A DNA stretch of 64,000 nucleotides from Bacteroidaceae bacterium (GTDB lineage Bacteria; Bacteroidota; Bacteroidia; Bacteroidales; Bacteroidaceae): contig JAZLAC010000026.1 of the NCBI GenBank assembly GCA_045612965.1, positions 4,845 to 68,844 on the forward strand, written 5' to 3'. This document shows, piece after piece, positions 48,126-56,680 of the stretch. Position numbers and translations under genes: made by a program. The notes under the pieces are model-generated. The model was not told the origin of the DNA. It saw nothing but the letters and a program-made list of their open reading frames with translations, and did no database searches. How positions within the stretch are numbered: position 1 is the first letter of the stretch; every line of letters begins with the position of its first letter.

Positions 48126-49400
48126 ATGAATACACAATTGATTATTTACAGCATAGCAGTATTCTTGGTAATCATCCTCGTGTTGGTTATCATCCTGCTT
48201 GTTGCCAAGAAGTACTTGTCGCCCAGCGGCAATGTTACTATCACCATCAATGGCAAGGACAAGGTATCCGTGGCTCAGGGCGGTTCTCTGTTGAGCACCA
48301 TGTCCGAGCAGGGCATCTTCCTGCCCAGCGCATGTGGCGGCAAAGGTTCTTGCGGCCAGTGCAAGGTACAGGTACCTGCCGGTGGCGGCGAAATCCTGGA
48401 CAGCGAAAAAGGCCACTTCACCCGCAAGCAGGTGAAGGAGAACTGGCGCCTGGGCTGTCAGTGCAAGGTGAAGAGCGATATGGAAATCAAGGTCGACGAC
48501 TCTGTAATGGGCGTTAAGGAATGGGAGTGCACCGTTATCGGTAACCGCAACGTGGCCACCTTCATCAAGGAGTACAAGGTTGCCCTGCCTCCTGGCGAGC
48601 ACATGGACTTCGAGCCTGGTTCTTACGCACAGATCAAGATTCCTGCATTCCAGATCGACTACGACAAGGACTTCGACAAGTCTCTCATCGGCGACACCTA
48701 TCTGCCCGCATGGAAGAACTTCGGTCTCTTCAACCTGAAGTGTGTCAACGACACTCCCACCATCCGTGCTTACTCTATGGCCAACTATCCCGACGAGGGC
48801 GACATCATCACCCTAAATGTACGTATTGCCACTCCTCCCTTCAAGCCCAAGGAGCAGGGTCCTGGCTTTATGGACGTTAATCCCGGTATCGCATCGTCTT
48901 ACATCTTCAGCCTGAAGCCCGGCGACAAGGTAGTGATGAGCGGCCCCTATGGTGAGTTCCGTCCCACCTACGACACCGGTCGCGAGATGATCTGGGTTGG
49001 TGGTGGTGCCGGTATGGCTCCTCTGCGCGCACAGATCATGCACATGCTCAAGACCCGTCAGTGCCGCGACCGCCAGATGCACTACTTCTATGGTGCACGT
49101 GCCCTGGAAGAGATCCCCTTCCTGGACGACTTCCTGGCATTGGAGAAGGAGTTCGATAACTTCCACTTCCACTTGGCACTGGACCGTCCCGATCCCAAGG
49201 CCGATGCAGCAGGCATCAAGTACACCGCTGGCTTCGTAGCACCCGTTATGGGCGACACCTACCTGAAGCAGCACGAGAGCCCCGAGGATTGCGAGTACTA
49301 CCTCTGTGGTCCCCCAATGATGGCCAAGACTGTTCTCGACCTCCTGGACAGCCTCGGTGTAGAGAAGGATATGATTCACTTCGACGACTTCGGCGGATAA
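48126..49400 (+). CDS. nqrF: Na+-NQR subunit F
   Basis: 424-aa ORF. N-terminal TM segment, 2Fe-2S ferredoxin motif CGGKGSCGQCKV, FAD-binding RAYSMANYP, and NADH-binding GGGAGMAP. Confidence 0.9.
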   Translation: MNTQLIIYSIAVFLVIILVLVIILLVAKKYLSPSGNVTITINGKDKVSVAQGGSLLSTMSEQGIFLPSACGGKGSCGQCKVQVPAGGGEILDSEKGHFTRKQVKENWRLGCQCKVKSDMEIKVDDSVMGVKEWECTVIGNRNVATFIKEYKVALPPGEHMDFEPGSYAQIKIPAFQIDYDKDFDKSLIGDTYLPAWKNFGLFNLKCVNDTPTIRAYSMANYPDEGDIITLNVRIATPPFKPKEQGPGFMDVNPGIASSYIFSLKPGDKVVMSGPYGEFRPTYDTGREMIWVGGGAGMAPLRAQIMHMLKTRQCRDRQMHYFYGARALEEIPFLDDFLALEKEFDNFHFHLALDRPDPKADAAGIKYTAGFVAPVMGDTYLKQHESPEDCEYYLCGPPMMAKTVLDLLDSLGVEKDMIHFDDFGG

Positions 49401-49430
49401 TCTCCTACCATAAGTCAATATACAAACGCA

Positions 49431-49475
49431 AAATGCGCCATTGCCCCCTTTCGGCATGGCGCATTTGCTGTTTTA
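49431..49475 (+). terminator. rho-independent terminator of the nqr operon
   Basis: aaatgcgccattgcc / ccctttc / ggcatggcgcattt (14 bp with one bulged T) followed by gctgtttta. It lies 31 nt after the nqrF stop. Confidence 0.65.
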
Positions 49476-49727
49476 GACTCAGTCAAATGTTATCTCTTTC
49501 GTTCAAAACAAGAGTGATAGTTCTGCGAGTTTTCCAAGCATCCTATTAGTTACAACTTCTAATATACGACCACTCTTATTAGCGTATCTAAACCAAACAA
49601 TCATCTACAAATACTCTTAGAACGCTTAAGTTTCTATCGCTTAATCGTATCTTTATATAAGAAAAGGATAAAAGGGGAACACTTATTCTGTGGTAGAACC
49701 ACGAAACGCCCTTGTATGGTGTATGCC

Positions 49728-50843
49728 TTAGTTGGCATCTACATTCGAGAGAGTGATGATGCTTATCTCGGGCCATGCGCCCAGACGGAAAGGGATATTG
49801 GAACCGGTACCTGTATTAACATAAAGGTACTGCTCACCTTGTTTGTAGAGTCCACCCCAATGGGAAAAGAGTAAGGCAGAGGGAGACCATCCGAAAATTT
49901 TTAGATGCATGGCATGTGTATGACCGGATAGGGTCAGGTCTATATTGGTATGTTCCAGAATAGCCTCATGCCAGTGCGAGGGATTATGTGTAAGCAAAAT
50001 CTTATACGTGTCCTCATGGATATTGGTCATTGCCTTGGGGACATCGGCACGTCCGTATTCCGGACCATGACCACTATACTCTACACCTATCACGGCAATA
50101 GAGTCTGATGCGCGGTGAAAGATAGTGTTTTCGTTCTGCATCAGATACCATCCCATCATCTTTTGCATATGAATGATTTCCTGATGTTTGTCAGAAATCT
50201 CCTCATGCGAACGATGGGGGCCATAGGTGCAGTAGTCATGATTACCAAGAATGGAAAGTATACCGTCCGGAGCATGCATACATGAGAGGCTCTCGGCGAA
50301 AGGACGCAGTTCTTCAGGCGAAGAATTGACAATATCGCCAGTGAAGACAATAAGGTCGGGTTTGGTCTCATTGATCATTTCCACGATTCTTTCAACCATT
50401 TCCGGTGAACCGGAATATGTTCCAAGATGAAGGTCAGAGATATGTGCTATACGATAGCCATTGAAGGAGTTGGGAATGCGAGAGGAAACAATGGGAATCT
50501 CCCGAACAACAAGGTGTTTCCAACCGAATGTAATGCCTATAAACATGGTGCATACCAATGCTATGCGAACCACACCACCCAATCGTGGTAGGCACAATAA
50601 TGCAAAAATAGCATGAAAGCATCGTGGTATGATGACAAGAAGAAAAAGAAATATGACCGCGCTGAACATCCATGTGGAAACATGTCCTAGCAATATCATA
50701 CAGATAAGCACAGTTATGATGGCAAGGGGAAGCCAATGGAAGTATTTCCAAGACGTTGAGCAAAAACGCACAATCCTGTACCACAGATATATATCCGCTA
50801 ATAAATAAAGAAGCAATATGGAGAACAATATGGTCGGTATCAT
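49728..50843 (-). CDS. membrane-anchored metallophosphoesterase (calcineurin-like)
   Basis: 371-aa ORF. About 4 N-terminal TM helices, then the phosphoesterase motifs HISDLHLG, TGDIVN, LGNHDY and LSGHTHA. Confidence 0.8.
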   Translation of the reverse strand: MIPTILFSILLLYLLADIYLWYRIVRFCSTSWKYFHWLPLAIITVLICMILLGHVSTWMFSAVIFLFLLVIIPRCFHAIFALLCLPRLGGVVRIALVCTMFIGITFGWKHLVVREIPIVSSRIPNSFNGYRIAHISDLHLGTYSGSPEMVERIVEMINETKPDLIVFTGDIVNSSPEELRPFAESLSCMHAPDGILSILGNHDYCTYGPHRSHEEISDKHQEIIHMQKMMGWYLMQNENTIFHRASDSIAVIGVEYSGHGPEYGRADVPKAMTNIHEDTYKILLTHNPSHWHEAILEHTNIDLTLSGHTHAMHLKIFGWSPSALLFSHWGGLYKQGEQYLYVNTGTGSNIPFRLGAWPEISIITLSNVDAN

Positions 50844-50845
50844 TG

Positions 50846-51016
50846 TCAGAAAGAGTTATTGTGTAATTCAGGAGCGGCATTGTGGAAGTCATCGACCTCA
50901 CCCTCCTTCAATGCGGCAAAGGGTGCAAATTGGGAAGCACGAGCCTCTATGCTCATACGCTTGCGCCCTTTTGGTTCCCAATGAGGTAGATTTATGATAT
51001 CTTGGTAGTCATTCAT
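50846..51016 (-). CDS. short YolD-like protein (56 aa), below the ORF-track cut-off
   Basis: The ATG at 51016 overlaps the polymerase stop (ATGA), and the TGA at 50848..50846 lies 2 nt before the next ATG. Hand translation: MNDYQDIINLPHWEPKGRKRMSIEARASQFAPFAALKEGEVDDFHNAAPELHNNSF. The LPH...MS...RA.QF.PFAAL core matches my recollection of YolD-like proteins encoded next to Y-family polymerases. Confidence 0.5.
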   Translation of the reverse strand: MNDYQDIINLPHWEPKGRKRMSIEARASQFAPFAALKEGEVDDFHNAAPELHNNSF

Positions 51017-52419
51017 TTGCGGTGCCCTCCTATCTGACTGTTACGCTCACGACCTGTAGCCCCATTGCCAAAGTTAACACCCTTGAGCAGTGCATTCTTG
51101 CCATAACGCTTACGTATGGCAAGCGAAGTTTCCATAAGGCGCCTTTCCTTCTGAGTCTGTTTATCCTCAACCAAAGACTCATCCATAGGAAGGTCCTGGA
51201 ACAGGTCCAGTTGCACGGCTTGCCCCCTCAAGCCATGCCTTACATCGGCCTCCGTCATGACGTTTGCCGCAGTTATGTTTATTCTACGTACTAGCAAATT
51301 TGTATTGATGATACGGTTGAAAAGATTCATTGTAGCATCAGTAATAAGGCGGGCAGAACAGGTGTGTTTTGCAAGATTCTGACTACCATGAGCATGTACA
51401 GGAACCTCCCTTCCATAATAGTCTTTGGTTACTGGACCCTTGTAGAGAGTACGTATTTCCGGATTTAGCAGACTCTCCATATCATAATTTAAGGTCAATA
51501 CTATCTGGTTGGTAAGCAGATGCTTGGAAAGCAGATCCAAAGCCAAGGCCTCGGCCATTTCACGGACAACGACACGAGTCTTGTCTGAGGTATATGGACA
51601 ATTGAGGACCTGACCGCTGGATGTTGATGAGGATTTCGGACGGTATGATTTAACATCGCTGATGCGGCAAGGTTCCCATCCCCAGGCGTGATCAATGAGC
51701 AATTCCGCATTAATTCCAAACAATTTGAACAGAAGTTGCTCGCTGGAAAGAGACATACGTGCCAGTTGTCCCATGGTGTGTATGCCGTACTTGGCCAGTT
51801 TCTCGGCAGTATGACAACCCACACGCCAAAAATCAGTAAGTGGACGATGGTCCCACAACTTGTGACGGTAGGTCTGTTCCGTCAGTTCCGCAATACGCAC
51901 TCCATCCTTGTCGGCAGGAATATGCTTTGCGACGATATCCATGGCCACTTTGGCAAGATACATGTTTTCGCCTATACCAGCAGTAGCGGTTATGCCAGTA
52001 GTCTGCAGAACATCACGTATTATGCGAATGGTAAGTTCATGGGCTGAAACCTTATAAAGTGGCATGTAATCAGTAATGTCCATGAACACCTCGTCCACAG
52101 AATAGCGGTGTATATCCTCGGGGGCAACGTACTTGAGATATACATCCATAACCCTGTTGCTGTATTCCATATAAAGGCCCATTCGGGGTGGCGTGACAAT
52201 ATATTCAAGATGCGCGGCTTTCTGCCTCACCTCCCATAATCTGGCACGCCCGGATATACCATAGGCCTTCAGTGCCGGAGTAACGGCCAGACAGATGGTC
52301 TTGTCCGTTCTGCTCTCGTCCGCCACCACCAGAAGGGAGGCAAGCGGATCAAGACCGCGTTCTACACACTCCACAGAGGCGTAGAACGACTTCAGGTCTA
52401 TGGCGATGTATGTACGCAT
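51013..52419 (-). CDS. Y-family DNA polymerase (UmuC/YqjW-like translesion polymerase)
   Basis: 468-aa ORF. The N-terminal IAIDLKSFYASVECVERGLDP catalytic motif and the palm/fingers/little-finger length are present. Confidence 0.85.
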   Translation of the reverse strand: MRTYIAIDLKSFYASVECVERGLDPLASLLVVADESRTDKTICLAVTPALKAYGISGRARLWEVRQKAAHLEYIVTPPRMGLYMEYSNRVMDVYLKYVAPEDIHRYSVDEVFMDITDYMPLYKVSAHELTIRIIRDVLQTTGITATAGIGENMYLAKVAMDIVAKHIPADKDGVRIAELTEQTYRHKLWDHRPLTDFWRVGCHTAEKLAKYGIHTMGQLARMSLSSEQLLFKLFGINAELLIDHAWGWEPCRISDVKSYRPKSSSTSSGQVLNCPYTSDKTRVVVREMAEALALDLLSKHLLTNQIVLTLNYDMESLLNPEIRTLYKGPVTKDYYGREVPVHAHGSQNLAKHTCSARLITDATMNLFNRIINTNLLVRRINITAANVMTEADVRHGLRGQAVQLDLFQDLPMDESLVEDKQTQKERRLMETSLAIRKRYGKNALLKGVNFGNGATGRERNSQIGGHRK

Positions 52420-52503
52420 GGCGAGGGGGTAAGGAACGGAAAACGGAAAAGTATTTGTTTTAGGAACGATGCGTGCTGCGTATATATTTATGTTTTAGAA
52501 ACT

Positions 52504-52516
52504 TGTGTGGGACACA
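52504..52516. promoter_or_regulatory. palindrome TGTGT-GGG-ACACA upstream of the Y-family polymerase gene (candidate operator)
   Basis: Perfect 5+5 inverted repeat with a 3-nt spacer, 85-97 nt upstream of the ATG at 52419. It is followed by a third half-site, GTGTT, at 52520..52524. Confidence 0.3.
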
Positions 52517-52577
52517 GCCGTGTTCATTCTACAGCTGAATGAGTTTCCCGTTTTCCGCTTTTACCTTTCCGTTTCTT

Positions 52578-54731
52578 TTACTTTCCTGCCTTGTTGTCTG
52601 TGGAAACTTTCTGGCCGGGTTGAGCATTAAGGAAACCACGGTTCTTCAGCAGGCCATCAATTTTTGGGTCGCGACCACGGAAGCGACGGTACATCTCGTC
52701 ACCGGGCAGAATGCCACCAGGTGTAAGCACCTCCTTGCGGAACTTGGCGGCTACTTCCTGGTTGAAGATGTCACCCGTTTCCTTGAATGCTTCGAAGGCA
52801 TCGGCATCCAGTACCTCTGCCCAGATGTAACTGTAGTAACCGGCGCTATAACCTCCGCCCATGGTATGGGAGAAGTTTGTTACGCTATAACGTGGCAGGA
52901 TCTGCGATGGCATGCCACGCTTCTTCATCTTATCTGCCTGGAACTTCATAACGTCCAGTTTCTTGGGCATCTCGGTAAGCACGTGCAAGTCGAGGTCGAC
53001 ATACGATGCGGCAAGGTATTCCACCGTGGCAAAGCCCTGGCCATACTTGCTGCTGGCATCAATTTTCTGAACAAGCTGCTCGGGGATTATCTCGCCTGTA
53101 TTGTAATGGCGTGCATACTGTTGCAGAACCTCGGGTTCAAAGGCCCAGTGCTCGTTGATCTGTGAAGGCAACTCCACGAAGTCACGCTCTACACCGCCAA
53201 CACCTTGGTACTGGACGTCGCGGAAGAAGGAATGAAGAGCATGGCCGAACTCGTGGAACATGGTCAGAACATTGTCTACGGTCTGCAGGGCAGGTCCGCC
53301 TTCCTTAGCAGGCAGAGTCATGTTGCACACGTTAGTAACGATGGGTTGAACGCGCATAGTGCCATCATATGACTGGGCACGGAAGCGTCCGCACCATGCA
53401 CCAGCACCCTTACCATCGCGTGGAAACATATCGCTATAGAAGATAGCAATGAGGTTGCCATTTTCGTCTATAACATCCCAACTCTGTTGTTGCTTATGGT
53501 ATTGGGGATAGTCCTCAGTACGCTCGCGGAAGGTGATGCCATAAAGTTTTGTAGCCGTCCAGAAGATGCCCTGCATCACGTTGTTTATCTCAAGGTACTC
53601 GCTTACTTCTGCTTCGCTGATGCTGAACTTCTCCTGCTTTGCCTTGTCCAGGTAGTACATGTAATCCCAAGGCTTGGGCTCGCCCTTGATACCGTCCTTG
53701 CGCATCATCTGGCGTATGTCGTCCAGTTCGCGCTCTGCGGCCTCCACGGCAGGTGTCCATATCTGGTCAAGCAGGTTGTACACATTCTCGGGCTTCTTGG
53801 CCATGCGTGTCTCCAATTGCATATCGGCAAAAGTGTTGAAACCCTTTATCTTCGCTAATTCCAGACGCAACTCTACAATTTGTGCCGAGATGGCCTTGTT
53901 GTCGTACTTGTCGCCATGGTTGCAACGGTTGTTGTACATCTCGTAAACCTGACGGCGAAGGTCGCGGTTCTTGGCATATTGGAGTACGGGATTGCAACTG
54001 GGACGCTGCATGTTGAAACGATACTGCCCCTTGGCACCGGTACGCTCGGCCAATGCCGCTGCCTTCTGTATGTCACCTTCCGACAAGCCTTCAAGGTCGT
54101 TGACGTCAGATACGGTAACATAGGTATTGTTGGTGTCGTGAAGGAGGTTCTGTGTGAATCGCAACTGCAGCTTTGCCAACTGGAGGTTGATTTCGGAAAT
54201 CTTCTTCTTGGCATCCTCGCCCAGGAGAGCACCGCCACGCACAAAACCTTTGTAGGTCTTGTCCAAGAGGCGTTTCTGCTCGGTATTGAGGTTCAAAGTC
54301 TCCATTTTTTCAAACACAGTCTTGACACGTTGGAACAGAGCCTCGTTCATATTTATATAGTCGCTATGAGCAGAAAGCAAGGGTGAAAGTTCGCTTTCCA
54401 ATTGCTGATACTCAGGGGTGGAGCATGAACGGCTTAGCCCGTAGAATACGCCGGAGGTACGGCTTAGCAACTGGCCGGATTCGTCAAGAGCCACAATAGT
54501 GTTCTGGAAAGATGGTGCCTCGGAATTGCTCACAATGGCATCAATCTCTTTCTTCTGCTCCTCCATACCACGGAGGAATGCCTCGCGGTAATTCTCGGTT
54601 GTAATCTTTTCAAATGGAGCAATCTCGTAGGGAGTGTTAAAACGACGTTCCAGCAACGGATTTGTGCTTTGTGCCATGGTGCTGAGTCCCATGCCCAATG
54701 CCATAGTAGTTGCAATAATGGTTTTCTTCAT
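52578..54731 (-). CDS. dcp: M3-family peptidyl-dipeptidase (Dcp-like)
   Basis: 717-aa ORF. It has a signal peptide and the zinc motif HEFGHALH with a downstream E, and the M3 family length. Confidence 0.85.
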   Translation of the reverse strand: MKKTIIATTMALGMGLSTMAQSTNPLLERRFNTPYEIAPFEKITTENYREAFLRGMEEQKKEIDAIVSNSEAPSFQNTIVALDESGQLLSRTSGVFYGLSRSCSTPEYQQLESELSPLLSAHSDYINMNEALFQRVKTVFEKMETLNLNTEQKRLLDKTYKGFVRGGALLGEDAKKKISEINLQLAKLQLRFTQNLLHDTNNTYVTVSDVNDLEGLSEGDIQKAAALAERTGAKGQYRFNMQRPSCNPVLQYAKNRDLRRQVYEMYNNRCNHGDKYDNKAISAQIVELRLELAKIKGFNTFADMQLETRMAKKPENVYNLLDQIWTPAVEAAERELDDIRQMMRKDGIKGEPKPWDYMYYLDKAKQEKFSISEAEVSEYLEINNVMQGIFWTATKLYGITFRERTEDYPQYHKQQQSWDVIDENGNLIAIFYSDMFPRDGKGAGAWCGRFRAQSYDGTMRVQPIVTNVCNMTLPAKEGGPALQTVDNVLTMFHEFGHALHSFFRDVQYQGVGGVERDFVELPSQINEHWAFEPEVLQQYARHYNTGEIIPEQLVQKIDASSKYGQGFATVEYLAASYVDLDLHVLTEMPKKLDVMKFQADKMKKRGMPSQILPRYSVTNFSHTMGGGYSAGYYSYIWAEVLDADAFEAFKETGDIFNQEVAAKFRKEVLTPGGILPGDEMYRRFRGRDPKIDGLLKNRGFLNAQPGQKVSTDNKAGK

Positions 54732-54783
54732 ATTTATAGTATATATTCAAAGTTTACGTGTTATATATTTAATTTACAGATTT

Positions 54784-55407
54784 CTACCTGATAACATTAG
54801 TCATTGCCCAAGGTTCGTCGGATGGGCGACCAGGTGCTGGTCTGCCGCCTGTGGACTTGAGCAGCCATGCCATGTTGCGTGCAAGGGTGCGCATGGTCTG
54901 CATACCTTCGGCGTCAAGGGCCGATTCGCCTTCGGTGCGGCCATAGACGATATTCCAGTATTGCGAGGTGACAATGGGCATATTCATCATCTGGAAGGGC
55001 ATGTTCAGACTTTCAAAAACGGCGGTTGCCCCACCCCTTCTACAAACGGCAATGGATGCGGCAGGTTTGCCAGAGATGCTTGCTCCGTTGGAGTAGAAAG
55101 CACGCTGGATGATGGAAAGCAGGGCACCGTTAGGCTGACCATAGTAGACGGGAGAACCTACTATCAGAGCATCGGATTCGGCAAACTTGGCAGAGATCTG
55201 GTTGCAGATATCATCATCGAAAACGCATTGCCCTAATCCCTTGGCCTTGCATTGGCCACATGCACAACAGCCTCGTATAGGTTTGTTGCCTATCCATACG
55301 ATTTCACTCTCTATGCCTTCTTCTTTCAGTTGACCTTGGACCTCTGCCAAGGCTGTGGCCGTATTGCCATTCTTGCGTGGACTTCCGTTTATCAATAAAA
55401 CCTTCAT
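54784..55407 (-). CDS. flavodoxin-like fold FMN reductase / iron-sulfur flavoprotein family
   Basis: 207-aa ORF. MKVLLINGSPRKNGNT is the FMN-binding N-terminus, and a Cys cluster GCCACGQC is present. Confidence 0.7.
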   Translation of the reverse strand: MKVLLINGSPRKNGNTATALAEVQGQLKEEGIESEIVWIGNKPIRGCCACGQCKAKGLGQCVFDDDICNQISAKFAESDALIVGSPVYYGQPNGALLSIIQRAFYSNGASISGKPAASIAVCRRGGATAVFESLNMPFQMMNMPIVTSQYWNIVYGRTEGESALDAEGMQTMRTLARNMAWLLKSTGGRPAPGRPSDEPWAMTNVIR

Positions 55408-55453
55408 GATTCTTGTATGTGTTGAAATATGTATTTGTTATGTATTGTTATGC

Positions 55454-55921
55454 TTATGCTCCTATCGTTTCTTCAAACATAAGATAGTGGCTTTCATGCA
55501 TGCCAAGCTTATTATAGACCTGTTGTGCGTTAAGGTTGGTCCTGTCTGCATACAGGCGTATTTGTGAAACTCCGCTTTTCCGGGCCATGTCCTTCAGTGT
55601 GGCATACATAGCCTTGTAGACCCCATTCTTCCTGTACTCCGGCATCACGTAGACGCTCTGTACCCACCAGTACCACTGGTTGTTCCAGTCGTTCCATTCG
55701 CGCGTCAGCATCAGGCTTCCTATTGGCGTACCGTTTGCACGGGCAACAAGGTATGTACCTTTCGACTCATCCTTCATGGCAGAAGTTACACCACTGGCGA
55801 GTCTGCACATATCAAGCATGATGCCCTCCGATTCCATTGCCATGTCTGCCTGGAAGCGCACGATGTCATCAATGTCGGAGGTCTCGCCTCGTGTTATGGT
55901 CAAATCAATGTCAGTATTCAT
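55454..55921 (-). CDS. GNAT-family N-acetyltransferase
   Basis: The track ORF starts at a GTG (55975). The first ATG (55921) overlaps the upstream stop by 1 nt (TGATG) and gives a 155-aa protein. The acetyl-CoA motif region is VMPEYRKNGVYKAM. Confidence 0.7.
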   Translation of the reverse strand: MNTDIDLTITRGETSDIDDIVRFQADMAMESEGIMLDMCRLASGVTSAMKDESKGTYLVARANGTPIGSLMLTREWNDWNNQWYWWVQSVYVMPEYRKNGVYKAMYATLKDMARKSGVSQIRLYADRTNLNAQQVYNKLGMHESHYLMFEETIGA

Positions 55922-56658
55922 CAGTCTAAGAGTTTCTCTATCTTGCTTGCTTCTACATCGGGCAATACCTGGCACAGATGGTCAAGGATGCGCTTGCGGG
56001 ATTGTCGTGGCGTACGCCCTTGCACCATATCCTTTATGGGGAAGAGTTCGGGGTACATGGCTTCTGGCGTGCAATAGCGTGCCAGACCCCAACCGTAGGG
56101 CTCGCCCTTCTTGGAGATGAGGTATTCAAAGTCGGCAATGCAGACGTGTGTGCCCATTTCCAACCCTGCTATCAGTGAATCGAATGCCATGCCGTTTCTT
56201 GGGTTCTCCACAGGACTTGTTGGATCGTCGGGGTTGAAGGTCCTGCGCTTGCGGCTGAGAGTAAATCCGCTTGCCTTCTTCAGTTGGCGCGAAAGCATGG
56301 ATTCGTTCTCCACCAGCACCTCGTAGATGTGGCATGCATTCTTGTGCAGCTTCTTCATAGGATGGCGAGAACGTCGCCAGTTCATGAAGTCGGGCAACCA
56401 TTCCAGGCTCACGAACCCGGCCTTGCCCTTGAAGAACTTGCCATAGGCGGATTCCCAGTTGGCAATGATGGGACCCTTCCATCCCCAGGGACCATTGGGG
56501 AAGTCATCGCCGAAGAGCAGTTCGGGCGGTGTCATCTCCTCTATGGAGAATCCAGGGATGCCATTCTTGAAGAAAGGCAGGAATCCCCATTCGCGGATAA
56601 GTCTTTCTATCTGCTCCTGACGCTCTATGACGATGCCGTATCTGTCCGTTGTGTCCAT
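55921..56658 (-). CDS. conserved hypothetical protein, possibly AlkZ/YcaQ-related winged-helix protein
   Basis: The track ORF starts at a TTG (56709). The first ATG (56658) gives a 245-aa protein. The family assignment rests only on my recollection of similar sequences (WGFLPFF..., GWGLARYCTPE) and is weak. Confidence 0.4.
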   Translation of the reverse strand: MDTTDRYGIVIERQEQIERLIREWGFLPFFKNGIPGFSIEEMTPPELLFGDDFPNGPWGWKGPIIANWESAYGKFFKGKAGFVSLEWLPDFMNWRRSRHPMKKLHKNACHIYEVLVENESMLSRQLKKASGFTLSRKRRTFNPDDPTSPVENPRNGMAFDSLIAGLEMGTHVCIADFEYLISKKGEPYGWGLARYCTPEAMYPELFPIKDMVQGRTPRQSRKRILDHLCQVLPDVEASKIEKLLD

Positions 56659-56680
56659 GGCTATGTTGTTAGATGTGTTA

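Noticed and set aside
43540-49457. Very long antisense ORFs opposite the nqr operon: 368 aa at 43540..44646, 600 aa at 44775..46577 spanning nqrB and nqrC, 343 aa at 47571..48602, and 214 aa at 48813..49457.
   Set aside because: They lie in the mirror frame of genes with extreme G/C-ending codon bias, which removes stop codons from the complementary frame. Their translations are low-information (His/Gly/Leu/Val/Ala-rich) with no recognisable motifs, whereas the sense frames carry unmistakable NqrA-F signatures. One even runs across an intergenic junction.
50434-50901. 155-aa minus-strand ORF overlapping the start of the metallophosphoesterase gene and the end of the YolD-like ORF.
   Set aside because: It is out of frame with a gene that has all the calcineurin-like motifs. 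Its Cys/His/Ser-rich sequence has no recognisable features.
52428-52570. Invertible-promoter (inverton) interpretation of the imperfect inverted repeats flanking the polymerase upstream region.
   Set aside because: The arms are short and imperfect (10-bp perfect core). The enclosed ~90 bp contains no exact TAnnTTTG box in either orientation. There is no site-specific recombinase gene in the window.
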